Assembly (NCBI RefSeq): GCF_004010195.1
Contig: NC_057750.1
Span: 13,058,175-13,099,390, forward strand
Length of the DNA: 41,216 nucleotides
Direction: 5' to 3'
From: Chiloscyllium plagiosum
Taxonomy: Eukaryota
Position 1 is the stretch's first letter, and the number at the start of each line of letters is the position of its first letter. Of this stretch, positions 22,801-36,109 are shown one piece after another. The translations under genes were made by a program, and so were the position numbers. A model generated the notes under the pieces. It ran no database searches, was not told where the DNA came from, and worked only from the letters and a program-made list of their open reading frames with translations.

Positions 22801-23044
22801 TTAACTTGTCGAGGGAATCTCCCCTCAATCGCTTTTGCTCCAATAGGAACGGCCCCTCTCACCTTAAACCTATACCATCGAGTTTAGGACTCTCCTACCC
22901 TAGGGAAAAGACCTTGGCTATTCACTCTATCAAAGACCATAGATGAGTACCAGAAAGTAAGCCATTCAGCCCATCGAGTCCTCTCTTCTCATTGAACGAG
23001 ATCATGACTGACTTGATCATTCTCAACTTGGCCAAAAGGTCTCC

Positions 23045-23370
23045 AGAATTCACCAAGGATCCTCTGACAGCACCCTTCCAAATCTACAACCCCCTCCATC
23101 TAGAAGGGCAAGAGCAGCAGATACATGGGAACACCACCCCCTGCAAGCTCTCCTCCGAACCACTCTCCATCCCGAATTGGAAATATTTCACCGTTCCTTC
23201 AGTGTTGCTGGGTCAAAATCCTGGAATTCCCTCCGTCATTGTGGGTCAACCCATAACAGGTGGACTGCAGCGGTTCAAGGAGGCAACTCATCCCCACCTT
23301 CCCAAGGGGCAATTAGGGATGGGGCAATAAATGCTGGTGATGCCCATGTCCCACAAATGAAGAAAAAAAT
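23045..23370 (+). mobile_element. Older CR1-type LINE 3' end
   Basis: ccttcagtgttgctgggtcaaaatcctggaattccct; gggcaattagggatggggcaataaatgctgg tail. Confidence 0.75.
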
Positions 23371-24009
23371 ACTTCAGTTCCTGCCTTTTCCCTTGATTGA
23401 AAATCTCTCCATCTCAGCCTTGAATCACCCAGCCCCCCACAGCCCTCTGTGATAAAGAATTCTACAGATTCACTCCCCTACATGAGAAGGAATTGGTCCT
23501 CATCTCTGTCTTCCATGGGCGACCCCCTTACTCTGAGGTGATGCTCCTCAAGTCCTGGACTCTCCCATAAGGAAAAATAGCATCTCCACATCTCCCCCTG
23601 TCAAGTGCCATGATACGTTATTGTGTGTTACACTGTCATATAACCATTACGTTACAGTATTGCACTGATCTCCATCATACAGCTCTCTCATTCAGGTTAT
23701 TCTATCTCCCTGTCTCATTTCTCAGTGGCATGGGAACACCTTCTGGAAAACTTTCACTGTTTTGGCCCCAGCGGGGGCTTCCTGTGGTGGACAATCCCAC
23801 GGGCTCCTCACTCTCTGGGCCAAGACATTTCTCCCGATCTCAGTCCTAAATGGCTGACCCCACACCCTTAGACTGTGACCCCTGTGTTAAACCTCACTCA
23901 CACCCAGATGCATGTGGACAACAAGCTCAGGCTGACCTTGCCCCGTATTCAACTCTACTCAGCAACACTCATTGTCAGATACGAGAAATGACCACTAGGC
24001 TGGGGTTGT

Positions 24010-24515
24010 AGAGTCATAGAGATATACAGCATGGAAACAGGCCCTTCGATCCAACTCTTCCATGCCAACCAGATATCCCAAATTAACCTAGTCCCATTTG
24101 CCTGCATTTGGGTAATTTCCCTCTAAATCTTCCACTTCATGTTCGGAAACCTTTTAAATGTTTAAATGATGTAATTCCACCACTTCCTCTTCAGCTCATT
24201 CCATACACGTCTGTGTGAAAAAGTTACACCTCGGGTCCTTTTAAATCTTTCTCCTCTCACCCTAAACCTATGCCCTCTAGTTCTATTTCCTCCACCCCAG
24301 GAGAAAGACTCTGTCTATTTATCCTATCCATGCCCCTCATGATTTTGTAAACCTCTATAAAGTCTCCCCTCAGCCTCCGACGCTCCATGGAAAACAGCCC
24401 CAGCCTGATCAGCCTCTCCCTACGGCTCAAAGTGTCCAGTCCCAGCAACACCCTTGTAGATCCTTTCTGAACCCTTTCAAGTTTCACAACATCCTTCTGA
24501 TCGGAGGGAGAGCAG
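24010..24515 (-). mobile_element. CR1/HER1 LINE 3' end
   Basis: KDVVKLERVQK..ERRRLRGDFIEVYKIMRGMDR; tail agagtcatagag. Confidence 0.9.
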
Positions 24516-24999
24516 AGAGGAAGGAAAGTTTCGCATCTGCAGACTACCTCACACAGCTCCAGGACGCCTGACATTACAACCAATGACTAGGTCAGAGAAT
24601 ATGGAAGCGTGGGCTGTGCAAAGAAGGGTGACTGGACGCCAACTCTGATTTCTCTCCACAAGTGCTGCCAGATCTTCTCTGGCCTGTTTCAGGGATTTTG
24701 CAGGTCAGAGGAGGGGCAAATGGCAGAATGGCTTGCTAGCTGACTTCAAGACAGAAGACAGGCAGTGGGGGCAAAGGCCTACTCAACATGACAGGAAGTG
24801 GGAAGTGTTTTCCCTAAGGATCCCTGCTACGCACCATTCACATTCACCGTTTGGACCATTGGAGTCAAGAGCACAATTTCCACAGTTGTGGATGACACTG
24901 AATTGGAGGGAAATAGTGGAGGATAGTTGACACTTCAGGGGAAACAGGGCAAGCAGAGGAGGGAGAAGGCCTTAGAGGGTTACGCGAATATATTGAAAA

Positions 25000-26850
25000 T
25001 GAAGAACGATGGATGGATGTGAATACAGGACGTATGGTTAGCAAGTTTGCAGATATCACCAAAAGTGGTGGTGTAGTGGACAGTGAAGAAGGTTATCTCA
25101 GAGTACCACAGGACCTTGATCAGATAGACCCATGAGCCAAGGAGTGGCAGATGGAGTTTAATTTAGATACATGTGAGGTGCTGCATTTTGGAAAGGCAAA
25201 TCAGGGCAGAACTTATACACTTAATGGGTAAGGTCCTAGGGAGTGTTGCTGAACAAAGAGACCTTGGAGTGCAGGTTCATAGCTCCTTGAAGATGGAGTC
25301 ACAGGTAGATAGGATAGTGAAGAAGGCGTTTGGTATGCTTTCCTTTATTGATCGATGCATTGAGTATAGGAGTTGGGAGGCCATGTTGCGGTTGTACAGG
25401 ATATTGGTGAGGCCATCTCATAGAGTCATAGAGATGTACAGCACGGAAACAGACCCTTCGGTCCAACCCGTCCATGCCGACCAGATATCCAAATCCAATC
25501 TAGTCCCACCTGCTAGCATCCGGCCCATACCCCTCCAAACCCTTCCTATTCATATACCCATCCAAATGCCTCTTAAATGTTGCAATTGTACCAGCCTCCA
25601 CCACATCCTCTGGCAGCTCATTCCAGACACGTACCACCCTCTGCATGNNNNNNNNNNNNNNNNNNNNNNNNNNNNNNNNNNNNNNNNNNNNNNNNNNNNN
25701 NNNNNNNNNNNNNNNNNNNNNNNNNNNNNNNNNNNNNNNNNNNNNNNNNNNNNNNNNNNNNNNNNNNNNNNNNNNNNNNNNNNNNNNNNNNNNNNNNNNN
25801 NNNNNNNNNNNNNNNNNNNNNNNNNNNNNNNNNNNNNNNNNNNNNNNNNNNNNNNNNNNNNNNNNNNNNNNNNNNNNNNNNNNNNNNNNNNNNNNNNNNN
25901 NNNNNNNNNNNNNNNNNNNNNNNNNNNNNNNNNNNNNNNNNNNNNNNNNNNNNNNNNNNNNNNNNNNNNNNNNNNNNNNNNNNNNNNNNNNNNNNNNNNN
26001 NNNNNNNNNNNNNNNNNNNNNNNNNNNNTAAACTCCATCTGCCACTTCTCAGCCGATTGGCCCATCTGATCAAGATCCTGTTGTAATCTGAGGTAACCCT
26101 CTTCGCTGTCCACTACACCTCCAATTTTGGTGTCACCTGCAAACTTGCTAACTGTACCTCTTATGCTCGCATCCAAATCATTTATGTAAATGACAAAACG
26201 TAGAGGGCCCAGCACCGATCCTTGTGGCACTCCACTGGTCACAGGCCTCCAGTCTGAAAAACAACCCTCCACCACCACCCTCTGTCTTCTACCTTTGAGC
26301 TTTGGAATATTGCGTGCAATTCTGGCCTCCCTGCTATAGGAAGGATGTTGTGAAACTTGAAAGGGTTCAGAAAAGATTTACAAGAATGTTGCCAGGGTTG
26401 GAGGGTTTGAGCTATAGGGAGAGGCTGAATAGACTGGGGCTGTTTTCCCTGGAGCGTCGGAGGCTGAGGGGTGACCTTATGGACGTTGATAAAATCGTGA
26501 GGGGCATGGATAGGGTGAATAGCCAAGGCCTTTTTCCCCAGGATAGGGGAGTCCAACATAGAGGGCATAGGTTTAAGGTGAGAGGAGAAAAATTTAAAAG
26601 GGACTTACAGAGTAACTTTTTCACGCAGAGGGTGGTGCGTGTATGGAATGAGCTGCCAGAGGAAGTGGTGGAGGCTGGTACAATTACAGCATTTAAAAGG
26701 CATCTGGATGGCGATATGAATAGGAAGGGTTTAGAGGGATATGGACCAGATGCTCACAGGTGGGTGTAGATTAATTTGGGATATCTGGTCAACATGGATA
26801 AGTCTGACCAAAGGGTCTGTTCCGTGCTGTGCATCTCTATGTCTCTATGA
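25000..26850 (+). mobile_element. CR1/HER1 LINE with an antisense copy of the same family nested at ~25418-26301
   Basis: Plus copy breaks at LVRP (25415) and resumes at (L)EYCVQFW (26302); inserted copy encodes SGVPQGSVLGPLRFVIYINDLD on the minus strand. Confidence 0.9.
25648..26028. other. Assembly gap (N run)
   Basis: Ns; both sides belong to the same minus-strand LINE. Confidence 1.
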
Positions 26851-27304
26851 CAGCTGAATAGAGCATTAACTGCAGAATGAGTTCAATCAAATGTTTCAGT
26901 GGCATATATCCTGTGTAATCCTACATATAATCCCTATGTATTCACCTCATACCTCTGTGTGTTAGCAACTTCCACATTCTCCAGATAAAAATATCATTAG
27001 TATCTCGTGGGTTCTCTGTCGGATTTATTCGATTTTCTAAAATTCTATCCACTGAACTGGAGCAGAGATTAATTCGTTTCAGTTCTGCTCACTCCTCTGC
27101 GAGATCTGCTCAGAGTTGGGGCACCCCTATTAACCAGCCGACAGGAATTTCCAAAATTCTTGCTGATATCCAAACCACCCCCCCACACCCTCACCAGCTT
27201 CTCACCCTTCCCACTTAAAAAAACTCATTTTCTATAGGTTCTCAAAGGAACAGGTGGGGATTGTATTAACCGAGGTCGAATTATCATCTGGGCGCAACTT
27301 AGTG

Positions 27305-27540
27305 GGAGAAAGTGAGGACTGCAGATGCTGGAGATCAGTGTCGAGAGTGTGGCGCTGGAAAAGCACAGCAGGTCAGGCAGCATCCGAGGAGCAGGAGAAT
27401 CGACGTTTCGGGTTTAAGCCCTTCACCGGTAGCAAATTACTGCAGCTCCTCTGGTGAAGAGTCATCCAGACTTGAAACGTTAACTTGCTCTCTCTCCATG
27501 GATGCAGCCTGACCCGCTGTGATCTTCAGATTATCTTCTG
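27305..27540. mobile_element. Adjacent family A (-) and family C (+) PLE-terminus cassettes
   Basis: cgacgtttcgggtttaagcccttca; ctctggtgaagagtcatccagacttgaaacgttaac. Confidence 0.7.
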
Positions 27541-27967
27541 CTTACTAACCAGCCAAGTGGGAAGTAAAGGCTATGCAACAGGCGATTTGCCTGGAAGCTG
27601 GGATTTCCTGGCAGACGGTCCAGTTCAAACTGTATTTTGGAACGATCACGGGGTGGACAGAGCATTGGGAATGTACCGGTGACTCTTACGTGATTGCATT
27701 ATCTCAATATCGCTGTCAGCTTTTTTGCTGTTTGCTGATTTAATGTTTTTCTGTTTGTTGTGATCTAGACCAAACTCCTTTCAAGTCTATCACCGAGATG
27801 CCTTGACACTAAATTTTATCTTCCTTCGAGGCAATTGGAAGGTGCTATGTTCTAGATGTAATCCCATTGTTCACACGACTCGGTTTTAAGCAAAGTACAC
27901 TTTATTCTTACACCCAGTTACAAACAAAGAAGAATTGGTCTAACTTTAAAAAAACTTAACAGAATAA

Positions 27968-28290
27968 TAGAAAATAGAACAGTACAGCACAGTACAGGCC
28001 CTTCAGCCCTCAATGTTGTGCCAGCTTTTTATCCTGTTCTAAGATCAGACTAACCTACATACCCTTCATTGTACTATGTTCCATGTGCCTATTCAAGTGT
28101 CGCTTAAATGTCCCTCATGTACCTGACTCTACTACCACTGCTGGTAGTGCATTCCACACACCCACCACTCTGTGTAAAGAACCATCCTCTGACATCTCCC
28201 TTAAATCTTCCTCCAATCACCTTCAAATTATGCCCCCTCGTGGTAGACATTTCCACCATGGGAAAAAGTCTTTGGCTGCCCACTCTATAT
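27968..28290 (-). mobile_element. CR1 LINE 3' end
   Basis: atagaacagtacagcacagtacaggcccttcagccc..gcattccacacacccaccactctgtgtaaa. Confidence 0.8.
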
Positions 28291-28344
28291 TCTATTAGTC
28301 TAATAAGATTATTTGTCTACTAAACAGTAGCTATTCCAAGTAAC

Positions 28345-30988
28345 ATTTAATTTCCAAACATAGATTGGGACTGCCATAGTGTTAAGGGTTTAGATGGAGA
28401 GGAATTTGTTAAGTGTGTACAAGAACATTTTCTGATTCAGTATGTGGATGTAGATTAGTTTAGCTTAGATTACTTACAGTGTGGAAACAGGCCCTTCGGC
28501 CCAAGTCCACACCGACCTACCGAAGTGCAACCCACCCAGACCCATTCCCCTACATTTACCCCTGCCCCTAACACTACGGGCAAATTAGCATGGCCAATCC
28601 ACCTAACCTGCACACCTTTGGACTGTGGGAGGAAACTGGAGCACCCGGAGGAAACCCACGCAGACACGGGGAGAATGTGCAAACTCCACACAGTCAGTCC
28701 CCTATCAGAGAAGGTGCAAAACTTGACCTCCTCTTGGGAAATAAGGCAGGGCAGATGACTGAGGTGTCAGTGGTGGAGCACTTTGGGGCCAGCGACCATA
28801 ATTCTATTTGTTTTAAAATAGTGATGGAAAAGGATCTAAAAGTTGATTGTGGGCAGATGTTCGCAGGTCAAGGGACAGCTGGAAAATGGGAAGCCTTCAC
28901 TAATGAGATAACAAGAGTCCAAAGAAAGTATATTCCTGTTAGGGTGAAAGGGAAGGCTGGTAGGTATAAGGAATGCTGGATGACTAAAGAAATTGAGGGT
29001 CTGGTGAAGAAAAAGAAGGAAGCGTATGTCAGGTACAGACAGGATAGATCGAGTGAATCCTTAGAAGAGTATAAAGGCAGTAAGAGTATACTTAAGAGGG
29101 AAATGAGGAGAGCAAAAAGGGCACATGAGATAGCTTTGGCAAATAGAGTTAAGGAGAATCCAAAGGGTTTTTATATATACATGAAGGACAAAAGGGTAAC
29201 TTGGGAGAGAATAGGGCCCCTCAAAGATCAGCAAGGCAGCCATTGTGTGGAGCCGGAGGAGATGGGGGAGATACTAAACAAGTATTTTGCACTAGTATTT
29301 ACTGTGGAGAAGGACATTAAAGATATAGAATGAAGGGAACTAGATGGTGACATCTTGTAAATCATCCATATTACAGAGGAGGAAGTGCTGGATGTCTTGA
29401 AACACATAAAAGTGGATAAATCCCCAGGACCTGATCAGGTGTACCCGAGAACTCTGTGGGAAGCTAGGGCAGTAATTGCTGGGCATCTTACTGAGATATT
29501 TGTATCATCAATAGTCATGGGTGAGATACTGGAAGACTGGAGGTTGACTAACATAGTGCTACTGTTTAAGAAAGGTGGGAAGAACAAGCCAGGGAACTAT
29601 AGACCAGTGAGCCTGACGTCAGTGGTGGGCAAGTTGTTGGAGGGAATCCTGAGGGACAGGACATACATGTATTTGGAAAGGAAGGACTGATTAGGGATAG
29701 TCAGCAAGGCTTTGTGCGTGGGAAATCGTGTCTCACAAACTTGAATGAGTTTTTTGAAGAAGTAACAAGGAGGATTGATGAGGGTAGAGCGATAAACGTG
29801 ATCTATTTGGACTTTAGTAAGGCATTCAACAAGGTCCCCCATGGGAGATTGATTAACAAGGTTAGATCTCATGGAATACAGGGAGAACTAGCCATTTGGA
29901 TACAGAACTGGCTTGAAGGTAGAAGACAGAGGTTGGTGGTGAAGGGTCATTTTTCAGACTGGAGGCCTGTGACCAGTGGAGTGCCACAAGGATCGGTGCT
30001 GGGTCCACTGCTTTTCATCATTTATATAAATGATGTGAATGTGGAGATAGGAGGTATAGTTATTAAGTTTGCAAGTGACACCAAAATTGGAGGTGTGATT
30101 GACAGCAAAGAGGGTTACCTCAGAGTACAACAGGATCTTGATCAGATGGGCCAATGGGCTAAGGAGTGGCAGATGAAGTTTAATTTAGATAAATGTGAGG
30201 TGTTGCATTTTGGAAAAGCAAATCTTAGCAGGACTTATACACTTAATGGTAAGGTCCTAGGGAGTGTGGCTGAACAAAGAGACCTTGGAGTGCAGGTTCA
30301 TAGCTCCTTGAAAGTGGAGTCGCAGGTAGATGGGATAGTGAAGAAGGCATTTGCTCTGCTTTCCTTTATTGGTCAGAGTATTGAGTATAGGAGTTGGGGA
30401 GTCATGTTGCAGCTGATCAGGACATTGGTTAGGCCACTGTTGGAATATTGTGTGCAATTCTGGTCTCCTTCCTATCGGAAAGATGTTGTGAAACTTGAAA
30501 GGGTTCAGAAAAGATTTACAAGGATGTTGCCAGGGTTGGAGGATTTGAGCTACAGGGAGAGGCTGAACAGGCTGGGGCTGTTTTCCCTGAGTGTCAGAGG
30601 CTGAGGGGTGACCTTATAGAGGTTTATAAGATCATGAGGGGCATCGATAGGGTAAATAGATAATGTCTTTTCCCTGGGGTGGGGGGAGTCCAGAACTAGA
30701 GGGCATAGGTTTAGGGTGAGAGGGGAAAAACATAAAAAAGACCTAAGGGGCAACTTTTTCACGCAGAGGGTAGTACGTGTATGGAATGAGCTGCCAGAGG
30801 AAGTGGTGGAGGCTGGTACAATTACAACATTTAAGAGGCATTTGGATGGGTATATGAATAGGAAGGGTATAGAGGGATATGAGCCGGGTCCTGGCAGGTG
30901 GGACTAGATTAGGTTAAGATATCTGGTCGGCATGGACAAGTTGGACCATAGGGTTTGTTTCCGTGCTGAACATCTCTACGACTCTGTG
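28345..30988 (+). mobile_element. Longest CR1/HER1 LINE copy: end of APE endonuclease, RT, C-terminus and 3' UTR; inactivated
   Basis: LDLLLGN..SDHNSI (APE), PGNYRPVSLTSVVGKLLE, YLDFSKAFNKVPH, GVPQGSVLGP; catalytic FADD reads FASD; stops and frameshifts near 29333, 29690 and 30600. Confidence 0.95.
28452..28698 (-). mobile_element. 5'-truncated HE1 SINE inserted into the LINE
   Basis: (TAGAT)n tail, HE1 core, interrupts LINE tatgtggatgt|cctatcagagaagg. Confidence 0.9.
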
Positions 30989-31134
30989 ACACCCTTTGCA
31001 AAGGCAAGTTCGGTAAAATAGATTGTCTCAGGTCATGTTTCTCCAGTCTGGGAGAAAAGAACATCGAGAGAAAATTCTGGCTTAGAGAGGATCCAGCTCT
31101 TTACTGTCCCTGGGAGAGATATATGGATGAATGC

Positions 31135-31458
31135 AGATTTCTCCATCTTCCTCATTTCCCCTCCCCCCACCTTATCTCAGTCCCGACCCTCGGACTCAGC
31201 ACCGCCTTCTTGACCTGCAATCTTCTTCCCGACCTCTCCGCCCCCACCCCCTCTCTGGCCTATCACCCTCACCTTAACCTCCTTCCACCTATCGCATTCC
31301 CAACGCTCCTCCCCCAAGTCCCTCCTCCCTACCTTTTATCTTAGCCTGCTTGGCACACCCTCCTCATTCCTGAAGAAGGGCTTATGCCCAAAACGTCAAT
31401 TCTCCTGCTCCTTGGATGCTGCCTGACCTGCTACGCTTTTCCAGCAACACATTTTTCA
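31135..31458 (+). mobile_element. PLE pseudo-LTR (pyrimidine-rich) ending in a family A cassette
   Basis: attc-CTGAAGA-A-GGGC-TTAT-GCCC-AAAACGTC at 31366-31397. Confidence 0.8.
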
Positions 31459-31475
31459 TCAGAGATATATAGCAG

Positions 31476-31684
31476 ACAGGCAGGAGGCTGGAAAAACACA
31501 GCAAGCCAGACAGCGTCAGGAGGTGGAGAAGTCAATGTTTCAGGTGTAATCCACGCCCAGTCCTGAAGAAGGGTTACACCTGAAACATAGACTTCTTCAC
31601 CTCCTGATGCTGTCTGTCTTGCTGTGTTTTTCTAGTCTTCAGTTTGTCTACCTTGGATTCCAGTGGGTTTTTTTTGTCTCTGAG
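31476..31684 (+). mobile_element. Palindromic family D element with hammerhead core (31559-31593) and 15-bp TSD
   Basis: AGUC-CUGAAGA-A-GGGU-UAC-ACCU-GAAA-CA-UA^GACU; inverted arms; TSD AGAGAT(A/G)TATAGCAG at 31461-31475 and 31685-31699. Confidence 0.85.
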
Positions 31685-32054
31685 AGAGATGTATAGCAGC
31701 TTCCACAACCAACTTCAAATCCCTGACAACTACTGAAAGCTCAACTCAAACCCTGGTCCTGTAGGCTCCACCCGTTCATGCTGCTTCTATTGCTCCAACT
31801 TTAAAGAAAATCCCCTCACAAGCTGTTAATTGGCTTGAAACAGACTGCATGGCTCTCTTCATAATATAAACAGGGCAAGATACTTCAATCCATAATATTG
31901 TCATGCATTACACTTTGGGGTTTTTTAATTTGCTGTTTTCCACAAGCAAAGTGTCCTGAGTTCACCTGGCACCTCATTCCCCTTCGGAATTTCAGTAACA
32001 TAAATGCCGGTGGAGTAAGGAGTGAATCTGAGAGATTTGTTTTGCTTTTTTTTT

Positions 32055-32366
32055 TAGATTAGAATACCTACAATGTGGAAACAGGCCCTTCGGCCCAACA
32101 AGTCCACACACATGATGAGTAACCCACCCAGACGTATTTCCCTCTAACTAATGTACCTAACACTACGGGCAATTTAGCACGGCCAATCCACCCTAACCTG
32201 CACATCTTTGGACTGTGGGAGGAAACCAGAGGAAACCCGGAGGAATCCCACGCAGACACGGGGAGAACGTGCAAACTCCACACAGTCAGTCGCCCGAGGC
32301 TGGAATCGAACCAGGGACCCTGGTGCTGTGAGGCAGCAGTGCTAACCACTGAGCCACCGTGCCGCC
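32055..32366 (-). mobile_element. Full-length HE1-type SINE
   Basis: Complete 5' end gccaccgtgccgccc plus tail. Confidence 0.9.
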
Positions 32367-33016
32367 CTTTTGATTACCACCCCAACCCCAGTTCCTGTCT
32401 GCCCTTCTATAACCATACAGCGGGGTGCTGGATGGAGCCGACATTGGTGCTGGAGTAAGACATTGAGACTGCTTTGCCATTCAGCTGAATCATGGCCGTT
32501 CATCTCCTCCAACGTTATTTCCCTTGATAACTTTAACATCTGAAAGTCAATCAATTTCTGCTTTGAACTTAATCCCCTTTGGGGAAGGGATATACCACCC
32601 TTGGAGTAAATTCTTCCTCAGTATTTACTGAGGCCATGAGATAGCTCACCCAGGCAATGCTGACACAAGCTAAAGAACAGTAGCTGTTGTGCACTAGGTC
32701 CAGAGATACAGGAGGTACAGCAGGTCAGGTTGCAACATTTAAGAGGCATTTGGATGGGTATATGAATAGGAAGGGTTTGGAGGGATATGGGCCGGGTGCT
32801 GGCAGGTGGGACTAGATCGGGTTGGGATATCTAGTCGGCATGGACGGGTTGGACCGAAGGGTCTGTTTCTGTGCTGTACATCTCTATTCCTCTAGTTAAA
32901 CATGGCAATCATCCAGGAATCATTAGGGAAACACTGGAGCGAGAAGACATTTAGAGGTAATGGACAACGAGCTGGCCATTTCAGAACACATGACTGCCTT
33001 ATCTCAGGACTGGCTA

Positions 33017-33516
33017 NNNNNNNNNNNNNNNNNNNNNNNNNNNNNNNNNNNNNNNNNNNNNNNNNNNNNNNNNNNNNNNNNNNNNNNNNNNNNNNNNNNN
33101 NNNNNNNNNNNNNNNNNNNNNNNNNNNNNNNNNNNNNNNNNNNNNNNNNNNNNNNNNNNNNNNNNNNNNNNNNNNNNNNNNNNNNNNNNNNNNNNNNNNN
33201 NNNNNNNNNNNNNNNNNNNNNNNNNNNNNNNNNNNNNNNNNNNNNNNNNNNNNNNNNNNNNNNNNNNNNNNNNNNNNNNNNNNNNNNNNNNNNNNNNNNN
33301 NNNNNNNNNNNNNNNNNNNNNNNNNNNNNNNNNNNNNNNNNNNNNNNNNNNNNNNNNNNNNNNNNNNNNNNNNNNNNNNNNNNNNNNNNNNNNNNNNNNN
33401 NNNNNNNNNNNNNNNNNNNNNNNNNNNNNNNNNNNNNNNNNNNNNNNNNNNNNNNNNNNNNNNNNNNNNNNNNNNNNNNNNNNNNNNNNNNNNNNNNNNN
33501 NNNNNNNNNNNNNNNN
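33017..33516. other. Assembly gap of exactly 500 N (probably an arbitrary scaffolding join)
   Basis: N run. Confidence 1.
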
Positions 33517-33714
33517 GAGTCTGTTTAAACAGCACAGGACAGCAAACAGCCTGCAAATTGACCACGAGGCTGGAGAGATTCCACTGCTATTCAACTAGCT
33601 CAGATTTATTTCAGCTCTATTTCTGTAACCCACGATTTAAATAAAAGTAGGATATAATATGCAGTGTTACACATCATGTCTGATTTTTCCTTCAATTTCC
33701 TTTCATTGACTTTC

Positions 33715-34140
33715 TCACACAGCACCTTCCAAACCCACGGTCACATCCTTCGAGAAGGACAAGAGCAGCAGATACATGGGAACACCACCCCCTGCAAGTT
33801 CCCCCAACATCCAGGTCAAAGCAACCCGCTTGATTGGCACCACATCCACTACCGACGCTCACTAGCAGCAGTTATGTACCATCTACCAAATGCCCTGTAG
33901 CAACTCACCAAGGCTCCTTAGACAGCACCTTCCAATCCCACGACCACTTCCATCTGGAAGGAAAAGGGCAGCAGATACAGGGGAACACACATTCCCCTCC
34001 AAGCCACTTGCCATCTTGACTTGGAAATGTATCGCCTTCTGTGTCGTTTGGACAAAATCCTGGAATTCCTTCCCTCAGGGCATTGTGGGTCTACTGACAG
34101 CACACCGACTGTAGTGGTTTAAGAAGGCAGCTCACCACTG
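33715..34140 (+). mobile_element. Older CR1-type LINE 3' fragments with partial duplication
   Basis: cagcaccttccaa..gcagcagatac occurs twice (33720, 33923). Confidence 0.75.
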
Positions 34141-34482
34141 AATTTAGAGAAGGAATGGGATGGTGTAGGTGAGATGGGCTTCCGATTGGTTTCACAGGTC
34201 ACTGCAACATCGAGGGCCAAAGGGCCTGTACTGCGCTGGAATGTTCTGTGTTCTATGATTATGCTCATTCCCGAGAGTTAGATTATAATTTTATTTACAT
34301 TTTAATGGCCAGACAGACAATGCTGAAGATTTCCATGCTGTCTACCACCTGAGAAAAGGGCACTGATCGGCTGCTCTATGATAGACAGCGGCGTTGCCAT
34401 GGAAGATGTACTGGGCGAATGGTTGACCTAAATTCACACCAGGCCAGCCAACTCTGATTGGTTCAAATGCTGTCTTAGGGAA

Positions 34483-35733
34483 TGTAGACAATAGACAGTA
34501 GGTGCAGGAGTAGGCCAATCTGCCCTTCGAGCCAGCACCACCATTCATTATGATCATGGCTGATCATCCTCAATCAGTATCTTGTTCCTGCCTTATCCCC
34601 ATAACCCTTGATTCCACTATCCTGAAGAGCTCTATCCATCTCTTTCTTGAAAGTAACCGGAGACTTGGCCTCCACAGCCTTCTGGGGCAGAGCATTCCAT
34701 ACACCCACCGCTCTCTGGGTGAAGAAGTTTCTCCTCAACTCTGTTCTAAGTGGCCTACCCCATATTTTTAAGCTGTGTCCTCTGGTTCAGGGCTCACCCA
34801 TCAGCGGAAACATGTTTCCTGCCTCCAGAGTGTCCAATCCTTTAATAATCTTATACGTCTCAATCAGATCCCCTCTCAGCCTTCTAAACTCAAGCGTATA
34901 CAAGCCCAGTCGCTCCAATCTTTCAGCGTAAGATAGTCCCGCCATTCCGGGAATTGACCTCGTGAACCTACGCTGCACTCCCTCAATAGCCAGAATGTCT
35001 TTCCTCAATTTTGGAGACCAGAACTACACACAATATTCCAGGTGCGGTCTCACCAGGGCCATGTACAGCTGCAGAAGGACCTCTTTTGCTTCTATACTCA
35101 ATTCCTCTTGTCATGAAGGCCAGCATGCTATTAGCTTTCATCACTGCCTGCTGTACCTGCATGCTTGCTTTCATTGACTGATGTACAAGAACACCTAGAT
35201 CTCGTTGTAGTGTCCCTTTACCTAACTTGACTCCATTTAGGTAGGAATCTGCCTTCTGTTCTTGCCACCAAAGTGGATAACCACACATTTATCCACATTA
35301 AACTGCGTCTGCCATGGATCTGTCCACTAACCTAGCCTGTCCAGGTCACCCTGTATTCTCCTAACATCCTCCTCACATTTCACCCTGCCATCCAGCTTTG
35401 TATCATCAGCAAATTTGCTAATATTACTTTTAATACCTTCATCTGTATCATTAATGTACATTGTAAAAGGCTGTGGTCCCAGCACTTGATCCCTGCGGCA
35501 CACCACTGGTCACCACCTGCCATTCTGAAAGGGAGCCGTTTATCACTACTCTTTGTTTCCTGTCAGCCAACCAATTTTCAATCCATGTCAGTATTTTGCC
35601 CCTAATACCATGTGCCATAATTTTGCTCACTAACCTCCTATGTGGGACTTTATCAAAGGCTTTCTGAAAGTCCAGGTATACTACATCCACTGGATCTCCC
35701 TTGTCCATCTTCAGAGTTACATCCTCAAAAAAC
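34483..35733 (-). mobile_element. CR1 LINE (distinct subfamily), RT to 3' end
   Basis: VDVVYLDFQKAFDKVPHRRL, SGVPQG, IEGVQRRFTRSIPGM..RRLRGDLIETYKI. Confidence 0.92.
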
Positions 35734-35774
35734 AATGTACTGGGAAGGAATTGCATTCCAAGGAGATAATGATT

Positions 35775-36093
35775 TAGATTAGATTAGATTACATTACAGT
35801 GTGGAAACAGGCCCTTCGGCCCAACAAGTCCACACCGACCCGCCGAAGCGAAACCCACCCATACCCCTACATTTACCCCTTACCTAACACTACGGGCAAT
35901 TTAGCATGGCCAATTCACCTGACCCTGCACATCTTTTGGACTGTGGGAGGAAACCAGAGCACCCGGAGGAAACCCACGCAGACACGGGGAGAACGTGCAA
36001 ACTCCACACAGTCAGTCGCCTGAGGCGGGAATTGAACCCGGGTCTCAGGCGCTGTGAGGCAGCAGTGCTAACCACTGTGCCACCGTGCCGCCC
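35775..36093 (-). mobile_element. Full-length HE1-type SINE
   Basis: (AGATT)n tail, intact A/B boxes. Confidence 0.92.
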
Positions 36094-36109
36094 ACAATGT
36101 TAATGTTAA

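Noticed and set aside
25173..26278. Long ORFs of 128-298 aa in the track
   Set aside because: They run through an N gap; flanks are CR1 fragments
27553..27678. Possible plus-strand exon (cag|ccaagtgg...accg|gtgact)
   Set aside because: Two frames open, no recognisable protein, acceptor tract comes from an adjacent PLE cassette; insufficient support
28590..30604. 247-, 101- and 296-aa ORFs as host genes or an active RT
   Set aside because: Broken pieces of CR1 ORF2; the first starts inside a SINE; catalytic motif mutated
32902..33598. ORFs of about 200 aa
   Set aside because: Artefacts of the 500-N gap
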